This document shows, in pieces, positions 39,685 to 52,390 of a stretch of 64,000 nt of DNA. The position numbers and the translations under genes are program-made. The first letter of the stretch is position 1. Each line of letters opens with the position of its first letter. Source of the stretch: Octopus sinensis (Eukaryota); the NCBI RefSeq assembly GCF_006345805.1, contig NC_043002.1:112220001-112284000 (forward strand). Direction: 5' to 3'. The notes under the pieces were generated by a model. The model was given only the letters and a program-made list of their open reading frames with translations. It had not been told where the DNA came from and searched no databases.

Positions 39685-39819
39685 AACAACAAACAAGATG
39701 AGGACAAATATACGTCAAAATGTAAATAATGTACATAATTCCTCATCTCTTAAACATAGAACTGAACTGTTTGGAATCCTATCAGAAAGACTGTATCTAT
39801 AATTCAACTGTCCAACCTT

Positions 39820-39960
39820 ATCACATTTGTGTCACCGTGTGAAGCTGATTCTACTTGTGAATTACGTTAAGGGTACGCGGGTCAGAGGAATAGTCAGCCA
39901 CTTGGGCACGGTAATTTAATAATTCTGTGTATTGCTGAGTTGATCAAAATGGACGCCCTT
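39820..39960 (+). mobile_element. Old SINE family B 3' fragment
   Basis: TACGTTAAGGGTAC...TCAGCCACTT motif, diverged. Confidence 0.55.
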
Positions 39961-40024
39961 ACCACAAAAGCGAGAAGAGAGTTCATTTTACATCTCTATC
40001 TTTCTATTAATGTATGTACATATG

Positions 40025-40126
40025 TGTGTGTACAGACGTACATACATACACACATACATACACACATACATACACACATACATACATATATACATACATA
40101 CATACATACATTCATACATACATTCA

Positions 40127-40160
<34 letters not shown>

Positions 40161-40260
40161 CATACATACATACATACATACATACACACACATACATACA
40201 TACATACATGCATGCATACATACATACATACATACATACATGCATACATACATACATACA

Positions 40261-40292
<32 letters not shown>

Positions 40293-40295
40293 CAT
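40025..40295. repeat. (TACA)n microsatellite
   Basis: Directly visible. Confidence 0.97.
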
Positions 40296-40954
40296 GTGCC
40301 TAAGCGTGTGTGTGTATGCATGTCTACACGCATACACGAATATTGTGTATTTGCTTCCTTTATATGTGTGTCTGTATGCAAATAAATGCACTCACATTCC
40401 TATTTACTCAATAATGAACAAAAGAATTACTTAAACAAAAGAGCAGAAATATTTGAAATTTCATGCTGTATGTCACTTTGTGTTCTTATGTGTGTGTGTG
40501 TGTCTATGAGCTTGTGTCTGTATATGTTTATATATCAGAGAGAGCGAGAGAGTGAGAGAGAAAGAAAGAGAGAGGGAGAGCGAGTATGTGTTTCTTTTCT
40601 CTCTAATTTATGAGGAAATTAAATCAATTCTATATAAAATATTTTCATTCAGCATGAAAAATGTGTTAGTGGTGCCAATATTCCGCTATTCATGTGCGGA
40701 ATATTTTAATTGCATAAAATTATACAAGAATCTGTGTAAATATGTCTTTTATTAAATCGCCATAAACATCAGACTTACGTCGACGTAGAAGATGTGAGTT
40801 TGTATCCCATGAACAAATTTCGACATTTTTTAACTCAGCATTTACATATTTTTTTATTTAAAGCTCTATCTGCTTCCAGTTTCACCGTTTTAAAACAGAA
40901 TTATTTCGAGGTCCCTTGAAGTTTCGAAATTTTTACGACATCAACAATGTATGC

Positions 40955-41280
<326 letters not shown>

Positions 41281-41340
41281 TAAGTAGGTATAAATACTAC
41301 ACCGATATAAATTATGTATGTATATATATATATAAATAAT

Positions 41341-41480
41341 TATCGTCAAGCTAACATGGTAGTCCAGAAAATAGACGAATGCTACCGTTGATTAGCTCCA
41401 AGAGGCCATCGCCTCTAGCTATGTATGTGACACACAGCATTCGTCCTATTTTTCTGGACTGCCATGTTAGCTTGGCGATA
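41341..41480. mobile_element. 140-bp MITE-like hairpin element
   Basis: ~43-bp imperfect TIRs (TATCGTCAAGCTAACATGG.../...CCATGTTAGCTTGGCGATA) with TA at both ends. Confidence 0.75.
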
Positions 41481-41764
41481 ACTATTAATATCCAGTACCG
41501 CTGCCGTAGTCTTCTTTAGAGAGAATTAGAAATAATGATATATATATATATATATATATTATATAATATATATATATATGTCAGTGACCTGCTTTTGAGA
41601 CTAGTGTAGTTGGAAATTTTATAATATTTTGCAAACTGTTGCCATATTTTGCTAAAGTCCGATGGTAATGTGATATTCTCTACTGCCAAGTTCAAATATA
41701 AGCTATATGTGTGCATGAAATATGAGATTTTGGAAGTATATTTTGGGTCACGGCCATACATATC

Positions 41765-41999
<235 letters not shown>

Positions 42000-43029
42000 G
42001 GAATAAAACGAAAGATTTAAGAACCAATAAGGGAAACGCTACACTTTTGTTCATGCTAGAAATAATGGTCATATCTCCCTCATTAAAATCTTAGAAGAGA
42101 AAATATTAGATAATGCGATCCTAGGTGTACTTTTTCTTGGAAAAGTCAAGACAGTCATGGCCAGAACAATGGCTCAAAGAAATATTCTATTGTTAATAGA
42201 GTATTAACTGGGGCTTAGTAACAATTATATCAGTAAAATATTTCTGTGTATCTATTATTTTGTGAAGACATAACTTTCTAAAGGTTATAATATTGTTGTA
42301 ATATTTAAAACAAAGTTAAATGCCTGAACAAACACTCCATGGGAATATCATTTAAAAAAATATTTTCTCTTGCTTTACAGGATAAACACCAATCCATTAA
42401 AATCTCAATTAACCAATTCGATCAGGGCATATGCTGAACCAGTCCTAGAACCCAGTTACTACAATCTGTTGGCATTTGTGATAATATTAGGAAGATTGCT
42501 CTATATACAAGCAATTGCATTACAGAAAGAAAAATATAAACATCAACGTGCAATGCAGCTACTACTTATGTCCTAAAGTGAAGTCAGTGCAGGAAACATT
42601 GTGCGACTGCAACCACTCGGCAAGTAGTTTTATTCTTTTAATTATTTCTTTTGGTTAAAAACAATTTGCTCTTACTACTTTCCAGTTCACCTTGATGAAA
42701 CAGGCCTATCAATTTTTGTGAGTTGTATATATGACTACCTGATCCAATGAATCATTTTTCTTATATAAGCTAACATGGTGTGATTTGAGGGTGAGTTGCT
42801 TCGTATACTGGGAGAATGTGTTTATAAAACATCTTTTTCTCTTGCCTTTATTGAGAAAATTTTATACTTTGTAAGATATTTGTTATTTTTTTTCTTCAAT
42901 TTCTGCAATTTCAAACAATCAATAACGTCTACTGAGGTAAAAAACATTCTGTGGCGTATGAATATGTCCCTCGTTTAAGAAACAGATTGGTTTATTTACA
43001 TTTGTGAAGAAAAAAAGATACCCTTCCCC

Positions 43030-43100
43030 CTACCCATAACCCTAACCCTAACAAACCCTAACTAATCCTAACCCTAACAAACCCTAACTAACCCTAACCT
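43030..43100 (+). repeat. Interstitial telomere-like (TAACCC)n degenerate array
   Basis: TAACCC units and variants, with a ~26-nt higher-order unit present twice. Confidence 0.8.
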
Positions 43101-43203
43101 TAAAACAGATTGAAATGCAATAGATCAATACTAGGGTCATAATTATGGGTGACAATTTCATATGACACCGCTAGAAAAACTGCCGTTCAAACTGAAAAGA
43201 TCC

Positions 43204-43400
43204 GAAAATTCTAACGGGGGCCCCACCTATGAGGTCATGTGCTGTTTATCTTGATATGAGATCACCATGTCGCGCACATATGGTTATGATGCATGTGCCT
43301 GGTGTACCCTTATCAGACAGGCAGTCATGATGGATATACTGGGCTTCGTATATTTTACTCCAGTGTCACTTTGATGGCATGCACTGCTCTTTCACTCAAT
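43204..43400 (+). mobile_element. Family D 3' fragment
   Basis: Matches 44085-44270; followed by (TAA)n. Confidence 0.85.
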
Positions 43401-43424
43401 GATAATAATAATAATAATAATAAT

Positions 43425-43746
<322 letters not shown>

Positions 43747-43753
43747 TAATAAT

Positions 43754-44270
43754 AAATGCCCTGATGCAGTACCAGGCAGTGGCTCTCATGGATTCTGATC
43801 TTAACTGATTGGAAGTGTTATCATGTACATTGTTTTGTCTTGGTATAAAAGATGGGCTACAGCAAATATTCTGCTCAATACCACAGATTTGCTTGTCAGT
43901 TGTTTGACTATAACCAGTTGACCATGTTCCTTAGTGGCTGACGATATGTGCATCTCTGATCACGAGCAGAAGTAATGGGGTAGCATCATAGCCATGTGTT
44001 GAGACGAATTCTTTGGGGAAAATGGGTGTTTTGTTCATCATCCTTAAAACAAACCTTATTCAGGATGGGCTACTCGATCTGAAGAAAATTCTAACTGCGA
44101 GGTCATGTGCTGTTTATCTTGGTGTGAGATCACCATGTGGCGCACCATGTGGTTGTGATGCACATGCCTTGTGTACCCTTATCAAAAGGATAGTCATCAT
44201 GGATATATTGGGTTTCGTATATTTGTACCTTAGTGTCACTTTCGTGGCATGCACTACTCTCTCACTCAAT
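43754..44270 (+). mobile_element. Family D retroposon, longest copy
   Basis: Three copies in the window; (TAA)n on both sides; no A/B boxes and no ORF seen. Confidence 0.85.
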
Positions 44271-44645
<375 letters not shown>

Positions 44646-45496
44646 TGACTAAGTACAATAAAGACATGAAGAAGAATTACGCTAGAAGGGACTACACAAT
44701 TAAATCCATATAGCCACAACAGAAGTTGCTGGAAAAAATAGATGAGATTGGCTGATGAAAAGAACTCTACAAAAGAGACTGAGAGCACTATACTGGCAGC
44801 GTAGTTACAAGCTCTGGCCACGAACTGGAGAGTCAACCTTTGGAATGAGATGAAACCATTGCCCATATCACGAACGAATGACCTAGATTTGCCCCAAAGC
44901 ACTGCATGTTGTGGCGACACGACCAGGTAGCGAAACTGCTACATTGGAAACTCTGCGAAAAGTGGGAGCTAGAGAGATGTAAGCCGTGGTATGAGGACAA
45001 ATGGCAGAGAGTGGCGGAGTCGGAGACTATCAAATTCCTCTGGGATTTCTCAATCCTAACAGATCTGGTGCTAGATCATAACAGACCGGACTTAGTGCTG
45101 ATGGACAAGGTGCACCACATATGCTATATAGTTGTCGTTGTATGCCCCCTTGACCCACGAATAGTCAAGAAGAAAGGCGAAAATATCGATTGACAGAACC
45201 CTTTTATGTACGAAATAGCCTGGCTAAGGAAAATGAAGAAGGTGAAGATAGTGCCAATTATTGTTGTGTCTTTAGGAATTGTATCAGAAGGCATCAAGAG
45301 GAATATAAAGGAAATTGCAATAAAGTGCCCAGTAGAAGTGTTACAAAACGTATGCCTCCCTGGCACGGCCAGAATAACCAGGAAAGTATTAGAGAGCTGA
45401 AAAGAACGAATAGCACGGTACCGTTGGCTGCAGGTAGTAAACCCACTACGCATGCAAGACTCCAGGAGCTCCAACAATACCTGTGATAAAGAGAAA
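44646..45496 (+). mobile_element. R4/Dong-clade LINE, 5'-truncated, RLE domain and 3' end
   Basis: ETESTILAA, ETIAHI, RHDQVA, LWDF, HNRPD, IVPIIV.SLG and GTARITRKVLES*; degenerate. Confidence 0.88.
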
Positions 45497-45788
45497 ATAA
45501 TAATGATAATAATAATAATAATAATAATATAATAATAATAATAATATATAATAATAATAATAATATATAATAATAATAATAATAATAATGATGATGATGA
45601 TAATAATAATAATAATAATATAATAATAATAATAAATAATAATAATAATAATTATTATTATTATTATTGTTGTTGTTGTTGTTGTTATTGTAGTTGTTGT
45701 TATTATTATTATCATTATTATTATTATTAGCAGCAGCAGCAACAGCAGCAGCAGTATTATTATTATTATTATTATTATTATCATTATT

Positions 45789-45853
<65 letters not shown>

Positions 45854-45881
45854 CAGTAGTAGTAGTAGTAGTAGTAGTAGT

Positions 45882-45914
<33 letters not shown>

Positions 45915-45915
45915 T
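45497..45915. repeat. (TAA)n to (TTA)n to (TAG)n microsatellite
   Basis: Directly visible, with a strand switch near 45652. Confidence 0.96.
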
Positions 45916-46295
45916 CATAATAATCATTGTTCAAAAAGTTGGGTTATATGTCAACTTAAAAGAACTTAACACCGCTAGTTAGTAAATCCTTCGATAACAA
46001 TTTTTTGCTTCTTTTCTCTCGACATTTGTCAAAATATCATAAAGTAACAAACGAAACAAACACCAAATATGAGTGGCTAAAAAAATGAGCAAATCATTCA
46101 AAAATATGGAATAAAATATGAAAATGCTTGAAATGCGTGGGAAATGAGTGAAAACGTAGGAAGATGGATGAAAAGAGCATGGAAATGAGAATAACAAAAT
46201 ATAAATAAATTATATACATACAAGCACACACATAAATATACATACAAATATATATACTTACAAAGACATATATATATTTATATATATATATATCT

Positions 46296-46381
46296 GTGTG
46301 TATATATACATACACATATATATGTATATATACAGACACACGCTCATACATATAACAGTGTGTAAAAGTGTGTGTGTCTGC

Positions 46382-46438
<57 letters not shown>

Positions 46439-46508
46439 CACATATATATGTATATATACAGACACACGCTCATACATATAACAGTGTATAAAAGTGTGTG
46501 TGTCTGCA

Positions 46509-46558
<50 letters not shown>

Positions 46559-46597
46559 CATATATGCAGACACACACTTTTACACACTTTTACACAC

Positions 46598-46633
<36 letters not shown>

Positions 46634-46680
46634 CATACATATATGCAGACACACACACTTTTACACACTGTTATATATAT
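46296..46680. repeat. Duplicated and inverted low-complexity block
   Basis: Two direct copies of a ~95-bp unit followed by two inverted copies of its CAGTGTGTAAAAGTGTGTGTCTGCAT-type motif. Confidence 0.75.
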
Positions 46681-47519
46681 ATGTATATATATGTATGTAT
46701 GTACGTATGTATGTATGTATGTACGTATGTATGTATGTATGTATGTAGTGTGTGTATATCAAAATGAGTCATGCAAATAGGATACTCAATGATACAAATA
46801 CGACAATGAATGATGTAAATATGAAAATAAACGGTAGAAATTTTCCCTAAAAAACAAAAAAATAAAAAGACCCAAAATCATATAAAACAAAACAAAAGCT
46901 TTATACAACTACAAAAATGCACGGTACAAATAGGAGGACGACAGAAAGAAAAATGCGAAAATGAATGTTGGAAATACAGAATACACACAAAGAAAAGATA
47001 AATGTAACAAGCAATATCTAAATGAAACAACGAAAAGAAATGAGACAAATACGAAAATAAATTATAGAATTAGAAGAAAAATGGATGATATAAATATGGA
47101 AATGAAGGGGAAAAATACGGAAATGAATGAGAAACCCTTTAATTGTCAAGCTGACATTTCGACATGCATGAAAAACTTCATATTTTAAAGGGCTGAAAAT
47201 AGTACAGTAATCCAGATGACGTTTTTTTTTTTAAATATATTTTGTTTTCCTTTCATTATATCTATCAACACATCATCTATTTCGCAGCTTTGTTTATGTA
47301 TGTATGTATGTATGCATGTAATACGTAAATATACACGGACATAAGTATGCCTCTATGTATGTGCGTGTATAGTTTGGGGGCGTAAGAATGACAAACGAGA
47401 GAAACAGAACGTACTTAGCAGAAATACGTAGCGTATGGAGTTTATTCATTCTTTGGATTTAGTTATAGCTTTATCCAGTCGCCCTCTCGAGCTTCCTTTC
47501 CTTATTAGAGATGTCAATG

Positions 47520-47925
47520 TGTGCGCGTGTACATACATACATATATACATACACATATAACATACCTACATAACATACATGCATGCATACATACATACAT
47601 ACATACATACATACATACATACATGCATGCATACATACATGCATGCATACATACATGCATACATTCACACACACATACATACATACATACATACATAACA
47701 TACATGCATGCATGCATACATACATACATGCATACATACATACATACATTCATACATACATACATACATACATACACACACACATACATACATACATACA
47801 TTCATACATTCACACATACATACATACATAAATAATACATACATACATTCATACATTCACACATACATACATACATACATACATACATACATACATACAT
47901 ACATACATACATACATACATGCACG
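47520..47925. repeat. (TACA)n microsatellite
   Basis: Directly visible. Confidence 0.97.
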
Positions 47926-48357
47926 CATGGACTCATGGGATCGAATACAGACATGTTGATATAGAGGACTGTTCCTTGTCCCGAATAATGAATACTATTG
48001 CCAATCATTTTTGCCATTGATACAATCCTTGTAAAAGAAGTGGTTATCTTCTTTGAGAAAATGCAAAGAAATAACATCTTTTGAAAAGATTGTGGCAGTA
48101 ATCAAACAGTGAAAAATTACGATACACTCACCCTGGCGACAAAAGAACGTGGAGCTAACTATTGCAGATCGCGGAACTAACGGGGAAAATTTTAGTGAAC
48201 TTTCGCACAGAACCAGTTCTACGGAAAGGATAGGGAAGATCCCTCGAAAAGCTACATTAAGAAACTTAAAGATTATTGGGATACGAAATAACCAACATTC
48301 TCAATATTTTCAGAGAAACAATTATGCTAGCAAGCTACATTGTTGAAACGAAATATA

Positions 48358-48572
48358 CCTATTTCTTTACTACCCACAAGGGGCTAAACACAGAGAGGAC
48401 AAATAAGGACAGACAAACGAATTAAGTCGATTATATCGACCCCAGTGCGTAACTGGTACTTATTTAATCGACCCCGAAAGGATGAAAGGCAAAGTCGACC
48501 TCGGCGGAATTTGAGCTCAGAACGTAGCGGCAGACTGAGTTCAAATTCCGCGGAGGTCGGAATTTGAACTCA
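48358..48572 (-). mobile_element. SINE family C, 5'-truncated, with terminal inverted duplication
   Basis: Body matches 19647-19872; ends in a 15-bp perfect IR at 48536-48550 and 48558-48572. Confidence 0.88.
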
Positions 48573-49269
48573 ATACCACCCTACCAAACAAAATCACTCA
48601 ACCGAAATGTACAAATGATAATACTCGTATTGACAACACAGTAAACTTTTTTTTCCGTGAAGAGACTGCGAATGATAAGAAACACGACCAAGAAGAACAT
48701 AGCAGTATAAACCTGTCGCTACTCCACGGACACGTGGCAACATTTATGATCTCACAAAAACTAGTGAAGACTATAAAATATCTAAATCACAGCTTGCATC
48801 GAAGTTCAAGTAGAACTTCACTACTCTCATACATAAGATACTGTATGAGAGAAGGATACCGACCAGGAGTTGGGGAAAAAAAATTCACCGACCTGATGCT
48901 ATCTGCGATCGGCGAAATTGCGAGAGAACAACTAGCTCAAATTCAATCTCTCAATTCTTGGACAATAAATGTTCTGCTATATCGAGACACAATAATTGTG
49001 GACCAACAGATAGGTGTAAAAGCGACCGAGCCAAATGCTGTATTGATCTAAAATGATCTAAAATGTGTCGGTCACCAATATATTGCAAATAAATTATGCT
49101 GCGCTGCCTTCGGTACACTACCGCTAATATCTTCATCTACATTCACATATTTATGCAGCATTTGTAACGTTTTCCTTATACTTAATCATTCAAAATGCTA
49201 CCAGAGTTTGAGAAATACATTTAAGTTACTAAAATACTGGTCTAAAATGACAACAATGCAGTAATCTCT

Positions 49270-51040
49270 TAATGATATGACTTAACTACAAGGCGTCCGA
49301 CTCTGACCCACACTCAGGTATAATAGAATCACTACATCTTGCCAAAGTATCAGTTACATAGTGAATCCCATTGAAAGATTGACCACAATATGGTCCACAC
49401 AGTTATAACTGACAACTACTAAAGCAGCACCTATTGTTACAAGCTGAAGTAAACTATCAACAGGCTTATGCTAGAATGATAGCTTCTCGCTAACGGTGTT
49501 TGTGTAGTGGCAGTGAACTCCTTGTCAACCTATTAACAACCCTTTGCCATGTACCCAAAGTTATATATCAGGATTTGAAGAGAAGAATAAACTTAATGTC
49601 ACCCACACATTTTTTATTGACAGACTAAAGTTAAATTCTGGTAACATGAACAACATCAAGAAATAATAAGAACAAGTCACAACTTTCTCACGAACCATAG
49701 GAATGGAGTTTAGGCGCGATAAATGCTCATACATGATAGTCAAACGGGGAAAGTACATATACATCAATGACTTGTCTATCTCTCCTATGATGAAAACTAT
49801 AAGTATCTCGGAATCAATCCGAAAGAATGATGCGTATGTTAGTGCTGGGATTAAAGCCAGAATTACAAAGCAGGAAATGTAGAACTTAGAGGTGTCTGCA
49901 TTTAACAAAACCGTATCCCACAATTTTTTTGCAGTGCAAGTCCAGTGTCCACATTTGAGATATTGGACTGGGCGTTTGACGAGATCTGCAACCTGGACAT
50001 GAAAACTAGAAAGGTATTAGCTGCTACTCGTAACTTCCACATCATCAGTGGCACCAAAAGTATCTACGAGAGACGAAGTGTTGGCGGTAGAGGCATAAAA
50101 GTCAGTCCAAACAGCCTTTCAATGTCGCACTGTATCACCCAGACAATACCTGCTGAACAGTAAAGAAATGAGTAGATTACATGCATACTCAAAAATGAGA
50201 GCAGCTGCATCGTCAGAGATGGGGAAGAACTACAGTGCAGGTACACTGAGAATACAACTGTCTCATGCGACCTAAAGGAAGCTGGATTGGCTTACTTAAA
50301 CAGGCGCTTGAAGCAGAAACAGGCATCATACCAGCAAAATCCAATGTATGGGTGCATATTCTATTAGCTGGAGGATAATAAGAGTGGCGGAAGCACTCCG
50401 TCCGTTACGACGACGAGGGTTCCGGTTGATCCGATCAACGGAACAGCCTGCTCGTGAAATTAACGTGTAAGTGGCTGAGCACTCCACAGACACGTGTACC
50501 CTTAACGTAGTTCTCGGGGATATTCAGCGTGACACAGAGAGTGACAAGGCTGGCCCCTTGAAATACAGGTACAACAGAAACAGGAAGTAAGAGTGAGAGA
50601 AAGTTGTGGTGAAAGAGTACAGCAGGGATCACCATCATCCCCTGCCGGAGCCTCGTGGAGCTTTAGGTGTTTTCGCTCAATAAACACTCACAACGCCCGG
50701 TGTGGGAATCGAAACCGCGATCCTACGACCGCGAGTCCGCTGCCCTAACCACTGGGCCATTGCGCCTCCACGATAATAAGAGTAACCACAGGAAGAGTAT
50801 CCTCTCCTGGATCTGTGATAAATACGTTACATCCCGCCTGGAAGGATATGTCTTCACTATACAGGAACAGGAGATAACTGCTAAATAGCTGATAAACAAG
50901 AGAGAGGCAAATATACCACCAAACCTTCACGTGGTAAAAAGATGTCGGGTCTGCTATATCAGTATGGAAGATATTGCCCACATCATCAGTAGTTGCCCCC
51001 AAATGTCTTCAAGATACTATCTGCCCCTGATACTACCTGT
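49270..51040 (+). mobile_element. R4/Dong-like LINE relic (RT to CCHC), interrupted by SINE B
   Basis: FFIDRLKL (degenerate YADD region), IGMEF..DKC, YKYLG, DMKTRK, GGRGIK, QEQEI and CRVC..EDIAHIISSCP; possible N-terminal remnants at ~48200-49100. Confidence 0.8.
50386..50771 (-). mobile_element. SINE family B, full length
   Basis: 12-bp TSD GATAATAAGAGT at 50374-50385 and 50772-50783. Confidence 0.95.
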
Positions 51041-51879
51041 CTCGGTCGAATATACTATGCTAAAGAGTTAAAACGATAGCGAAATATCGATATCCGTCTT
51101 TCTTGTTCACCTTCAGGCTGAGTCGTCTCACCTGATCTAGGGCATTAAGTTTTCTTTAAAACTCGGCGTCCTGAGTATCTCTGTTATATTTATATGTTGT
51201 TGAGTTACAGTGTGTTCCAAAAAGAATCTGGATACTTTAACACTCATTAAAGTAGTAACTTGCCACACACATGCACAAACGTATGAAATGTATGTGTATG
51301 CATACGGTTCTATTTGGAGCTCATCACTGCCACGAGGTATTTCGTTAGGAACCACGAATGTTTCTTTAATACAAACTAAACAACAGCAAGAAATCCGACA
51401 AGATGCTTTAGATCTTATGTCCTATTGTTCTGGACTACGAAACTGCTGAACTTGACTTTGTTTAATCTTTTTAATCGCCCTGAAGTCGATAAATTAATAC
51501 GCTTGGGATAAATTCCATTGTCTAAATAAATCATAAACAAATCTTTAAGTATCTTAAATAAATTAAATTAGATTAAATTAAAAATATCATTAGTAAATTA
51601 AATGTATTTCTCAAACTCTGGTAGCATCTTGAATGATTAAGTATAAAGAACATATGACAAATGTGGCAAAAATGTGTGAATGTAGATGAAAATATTAGAA
51701 GTAGTCTACCGAAGGAAGCAGAGCATAATTTATTTGCAGTATATTGTTGACCGATACACACACTCACAGACACACACATATATGCATGCATGCACATACA
51801 TAAAAACAATACACACACACTCCCACTAAAATGTATGTCCCTTAAAATGTATTAACTTTACATCGGTACAATTTCTCTG

Positions 51880-52390
51880 AAATTCAAATTATATAATTCG
51901 AATTTTAAAAGACAAATGTGTAAGTTATGAATTACTATAAATGTTCCAACTGATGGCACTTGACAATGCAAACCGATAGAAATGTGAGCACAACAAATAA
52001 TTTCAATTGTTATCTGGGCGCATTCGCCATCAATAATTGCTTTCATTTCATTAATTGGAGTCAATTTAAAAAAAAATATTCATTAGCGTGTAGTCTGTTG
52101 AGTGCGGTGTTATTTAATACTACCTTGTGAAAATCGTCTGTTCGGCAGAATACCATCAAAAGTGGCATTCATCAGACTACACGCCAATGGACATTCTTCA
52201 AAAACGGTACCAATAAATGAAATTATTGATGGAGAATGTTCCCAGAGAACAACTAAAATTATTTGTGGTACTCACAGCTCCATTGACTCGCATTGTCAGC
52301 AGCGTATAGACCATAACACCAATAGTTGGAGAGTCGGAACACTTAGGATAATTCTGAACTTACACATTTGCCGTTTTAATTTGATTTACA
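51880..52390. repeat. Diverged inverted duplication (~180-bp arms)
   Basis: The reverse complement of 51895-52065 aligns with 52205-52385. Confidence 0.75.

Larger units (their letters stand above)
39120..39764 (+). mobile_element. Composite foldback retroposon: inverted body copy, tRNA-like head, (TAA)n, hammerhead-bearing tail (candidate PLE-dependent SINE)
   Basis: Arms 39120-39391 and ~39453-39735 are inverted; head 39392-39452 has A/B boxes; 13-bp TSD AACTGTTTGGAAT at 39107-39119 and 39765-39777. Confidence 0.85.
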
